Assembly: GCA_964016885.1 (NCBI GenBank)
Contig: OZ024742.1
Span: forward strand, 60,822,001 to 60,886,000
Origin: Eledone cirrhosa
Lineage: Eukaryota
Reading direction: 5' to 3'
DNA: 64,000 nucleotides
The notes below the pieces were generated by a model. That model was given only the letters and a program-made list of their open reading frames with translations, did not search any database and was not told the origin of the DNA. Below, piece by piece: positions 61,010-64,000 of this stretch (its first letter is position 1; each line of letters opens with the position of its first letter). The position numbers were made by a program, and so were the translations under genes.

Positions 61010-62040
61010 TTAGAAAGTCAGGTTTTTTTTAACAAAATGAAAAATAACCGAGGTGTTCTACACGAGTGAAAGTATAAAGAAAAAGAGATGAAATCGAAAA
61101 TGCAACTGGAGTCTTATTTAAAAAAATATATATATATTTATTTGGTTCCTTTACCGGTTTCGCAGTTCTTCTGCTATTCAAAAGGTGAGTTGAGATGGAG
61201 GGTCTGTGGTTTTTCTCACATCTGGTTGGTCTCTGAATGTTACTTGTTTTATATGGAAAAAGTGGCTCGAAAATGCCAGGTTTTGCGAGAAGTAATTTGA
61301 TTGGTTTGTCAATAATTATAATAAATTTCGCGCCAGTTCGCGTTACAATAGCTCTTCGAATAAGATGGGGGGTTGTCACAGGTTGTTTTTTTCATATATG
61401 AGTGTTTGAATTTCTTTTTACTTGAAAAAAGGAGGCTCACGAAGGCTTTTTTTTTGGTTGGTTATAAACGAAATTATGGCTGTCACGTGAACAAATTTTC
61501 ATTAAATTTGTGTGCCCTTATTTAGAAATCCATTCTGTAGCCTTTTTAGAGAATTTTTTGATAAGTGAAAGATAATGGTCAAGATAAAGGGATGGGAGAA
61601 TTGTTCTGGTTCAGTGAATATGGTTAGTTCGCTGGGGTGTCAGAATTCAGATTTTCTATTGAATAAAGAAAGTAAAGATATGTGTGTTTATTTGTGTGCT
61701 TGTGTGTGTGTGTGCGTGTGTGTGTGTGTCTGTTTGAATTTCTTTACTTTAAAAGAAGGGTGGCTCACGAAGGCTTTTTTTAATAAACGTGATTTGATTG
61801 GTTATAAATGAAATTTGGCTGTCACGTGAACAAGTTTTCATTACATTTTTGCGCCCTTATTTGGAAAACTATTCTGTAGTCTTTATAGCGAATGTTATGA
61901 CAATGGAAAGATAGTGGTCAAGAGAAATGGGATTGGGAGAATTGTTCTGGTTCAGTGAATATGGTTAGTTCGCTGGGGTGTCAGAGTTCAGATTTTCTAT
62001 TGAAGTGAAGATATGTATGTTTATTTGTGTGCTTGTGTGT

Positions 62041-62081
<41 letters not shown>

Positions 62082-64000
62082 TATTGGAAGATGATTCTAT
62101 TAGTAGAAATGGGGGAGGGTGTTGTGTGAGTGTGTATATGGGTGTTATGTGTGTGTGTGCGAGTATGTTAAGATGGAGAGAATATATATTTTGTGTGTGT
62201 GTATATATATGTGTGTAGGAAAGTGGTTCTATTAGTAGAAATGGGGAGGGAGTTGTGGGTGTGGGGGTTGTTATGTGTGTGTATGGGTGTTATGTGTGTG
62301 GGAGTATGGTTAGCATGTTAACATGAAGAGAATATATATATATCGTGTGTGTGTGTATGTGTGTGTGTAGGAAAGTGATTCCTTTAGTAGGAATATTTTT
62401 GAATGAACATATTTTCCTTACTTATTCGTGTTTGCTGTTGTATTGTCAGTGCAAACGTATGTTAAGGTTTATTTAGTTCGGGTTTTTATTTTCTAAAGTA
62501 GAAGGTGTTATGTGTGTGTGTGTATGTCATATTATGGTGTTGACATAATGTATATTAAACCATATTTAATGTTGGTCTATATTTTTGAATAAACATATTT
62601 TCCTTATTTATTCGTATTTGTTCTGTTGTATTGTTAGCGCAAATGTAAAATGGGAAGACTTGGAATTTGGGTGTCTTATTACTTGCGCAAATGTCTAGAT
62701 ATGCACTTAGTGGTATCTGTCTCGTGGTTGGATCTCGTAATTGTTGGCGATGAACTGTCATTCTGTTTCTGAGTGTGAGTTTAGTTTGTCCTATATAATC
62801 TTCATTGCATCCTTTACATTTAATGGCATAAATTAGATTTTTTGATGAGCAAGTGAAGTGATTTTTTGCAGTAAAATTTTGTCCTGATTTAAATGTATAC
62901 GTGTTGCCTTCAATGAGGTGAGTGCAGGTTCCACAATTAGAGCGACCACATTTTTCGATACTTGGTTGTGGGTTTGTGGTAAGTAATTTGGCATTGGTGA
63001 GTAATGTTTCCAATTATTTTGGTTGTCTTTTGCTTTTGATTATTTTGTGTGTTTCAAGGGCTTTTTTTCATTCTTGGGTTTTGTTTTAGTAGTGGGATGT
63101 TATTGCAAATAGTGTTGTAAGCTTCCGCATTTCTTGGGTTGTGTGTTGAGATATATGATAGAATATTGGACGTACCTTGAATTTGTTTCTGTTTCCGTAA
63201 TTCATCAATGCCTATTGCTTTAGCCCTTTCTATTCCATTATTTATTAGGGTACTCTCTCTCGAGTAGAATTTCCTTTAATTCTTGAAGTCTTTTATTTCG
63301 CGTTTCATAATTGGAGACAATTGTGCAAATCCTTCTTGCTAGGTTAAAAGGAATGTTCGTCTTCGTGTGCTTTGGATGGTTGGAGGTGAATAGCAGATAT
63401 TGTTTGGAATCTGTTGGTTTGTAAGTATGTCAGTTTCGATATTTGTGTCTTTTTTTAAGATTAAGATGTCCAGAAATGGGAGTTGATCTTGGCTGTATTC
63501 CATTGTTAATTGGATGTGGTTATTGATGCCGTTTATTAAGTTTTTGAAATCCTTCAGTTGGTCGAGTGTGTGGGACCAAAGAATGAGGCAATCATCCAAG
63601 TAGCGTTTCCAATTCTCTGATAAATATTTGTGGAAGTTCAATCCGTATTTTGATTTGGACTGTTCATATATCTGGACTTCTAAGTATGCCATGACTAAGT
63701 TGGTATAAGTTGGAGCGGCTTTTGTACCCATCGCAGTCCCAGATATTTGCTTGTAAGTATTGCCATCGAAATAAAAAAAGTTGTTTTGTAGGATGAATTT
63801 TAATCCCTTGGTGATGAAGCTTTTTTCTATTCTGTCAGGTATCTCATTGGGATATTTCTCTAGCCAGAATCCTATTGCATCTAGTCCGTATTGGTGTGGG
63901 ATATTTGTGTAGAGATTCACTAAATCGAAAGACACAATAATAGTGTCGTTGTTGACATGTTTGGGGAGGTGGTTTAAGAGGTCCAGATCGTCTCTTACAA
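61010..64000 (-). mobile_element. Neptune-like PLE (RT + GIY-YIG), runs off the window; long 3'UTR with ~330-bp tandem duplication
   Basis: SFDLVNLYTNIP, YKQISGTAMGT, WKRYLDD, LPFLD (63339-63935); CGRSNCGTC..FTC..NLIY..C..C..YIGQT..R..H (62555-63013). Confidence 0.9.

Noticed and set aside
61316-61363. TCGAAGA...GAAA motif in the Neptune-like 3'UTR
   Set aside because: Right position, but two core changes and weak stem II; too decayed to call.
1-64000. CRISPR arrays, rRNA or prokaryotic operons
   Set aside because: No repeat-spacer periodicity or such genes; the sequence is eukaryotic repeat-rich DNA.

Overview
AT-rich animal genomic DNA with no recognisable host exon. The tRNA-SINE family and microsatellite load look like an octopus/coleoid cephalopod genome (inference from memory, not a search). 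The window is almost entirely transposons and microsatellites. It holds two full-length tandem Tx1/L1-clade LINEs bounded by (ATT)n, two R4/Dong relics, RTE and CRE relics, several Penelope-like elements (PLEs; Naiad-type and Neptune-like), two non-autonomous Helitrons and many tRNA-SINEs. The most striking pattern is about 14 mostly asymmetric fold-back inserts from about 10 PLE pseudo-LTR families, nearly all set in (TA)n. Many carry type I hammerhead ribozymes, several with unusually long (45-85 nt) stem II or a CCGANGA core. Other leads are (ATT)n-targeted Tx1 elements with swapped ORF1 modules, a possible in-frame ORF1-ORF2 mini-intron, and TGA codons at conserved Zn-finger cysteines in two Naiads. 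Coordinates were read by eye; element boundaries are approximate.
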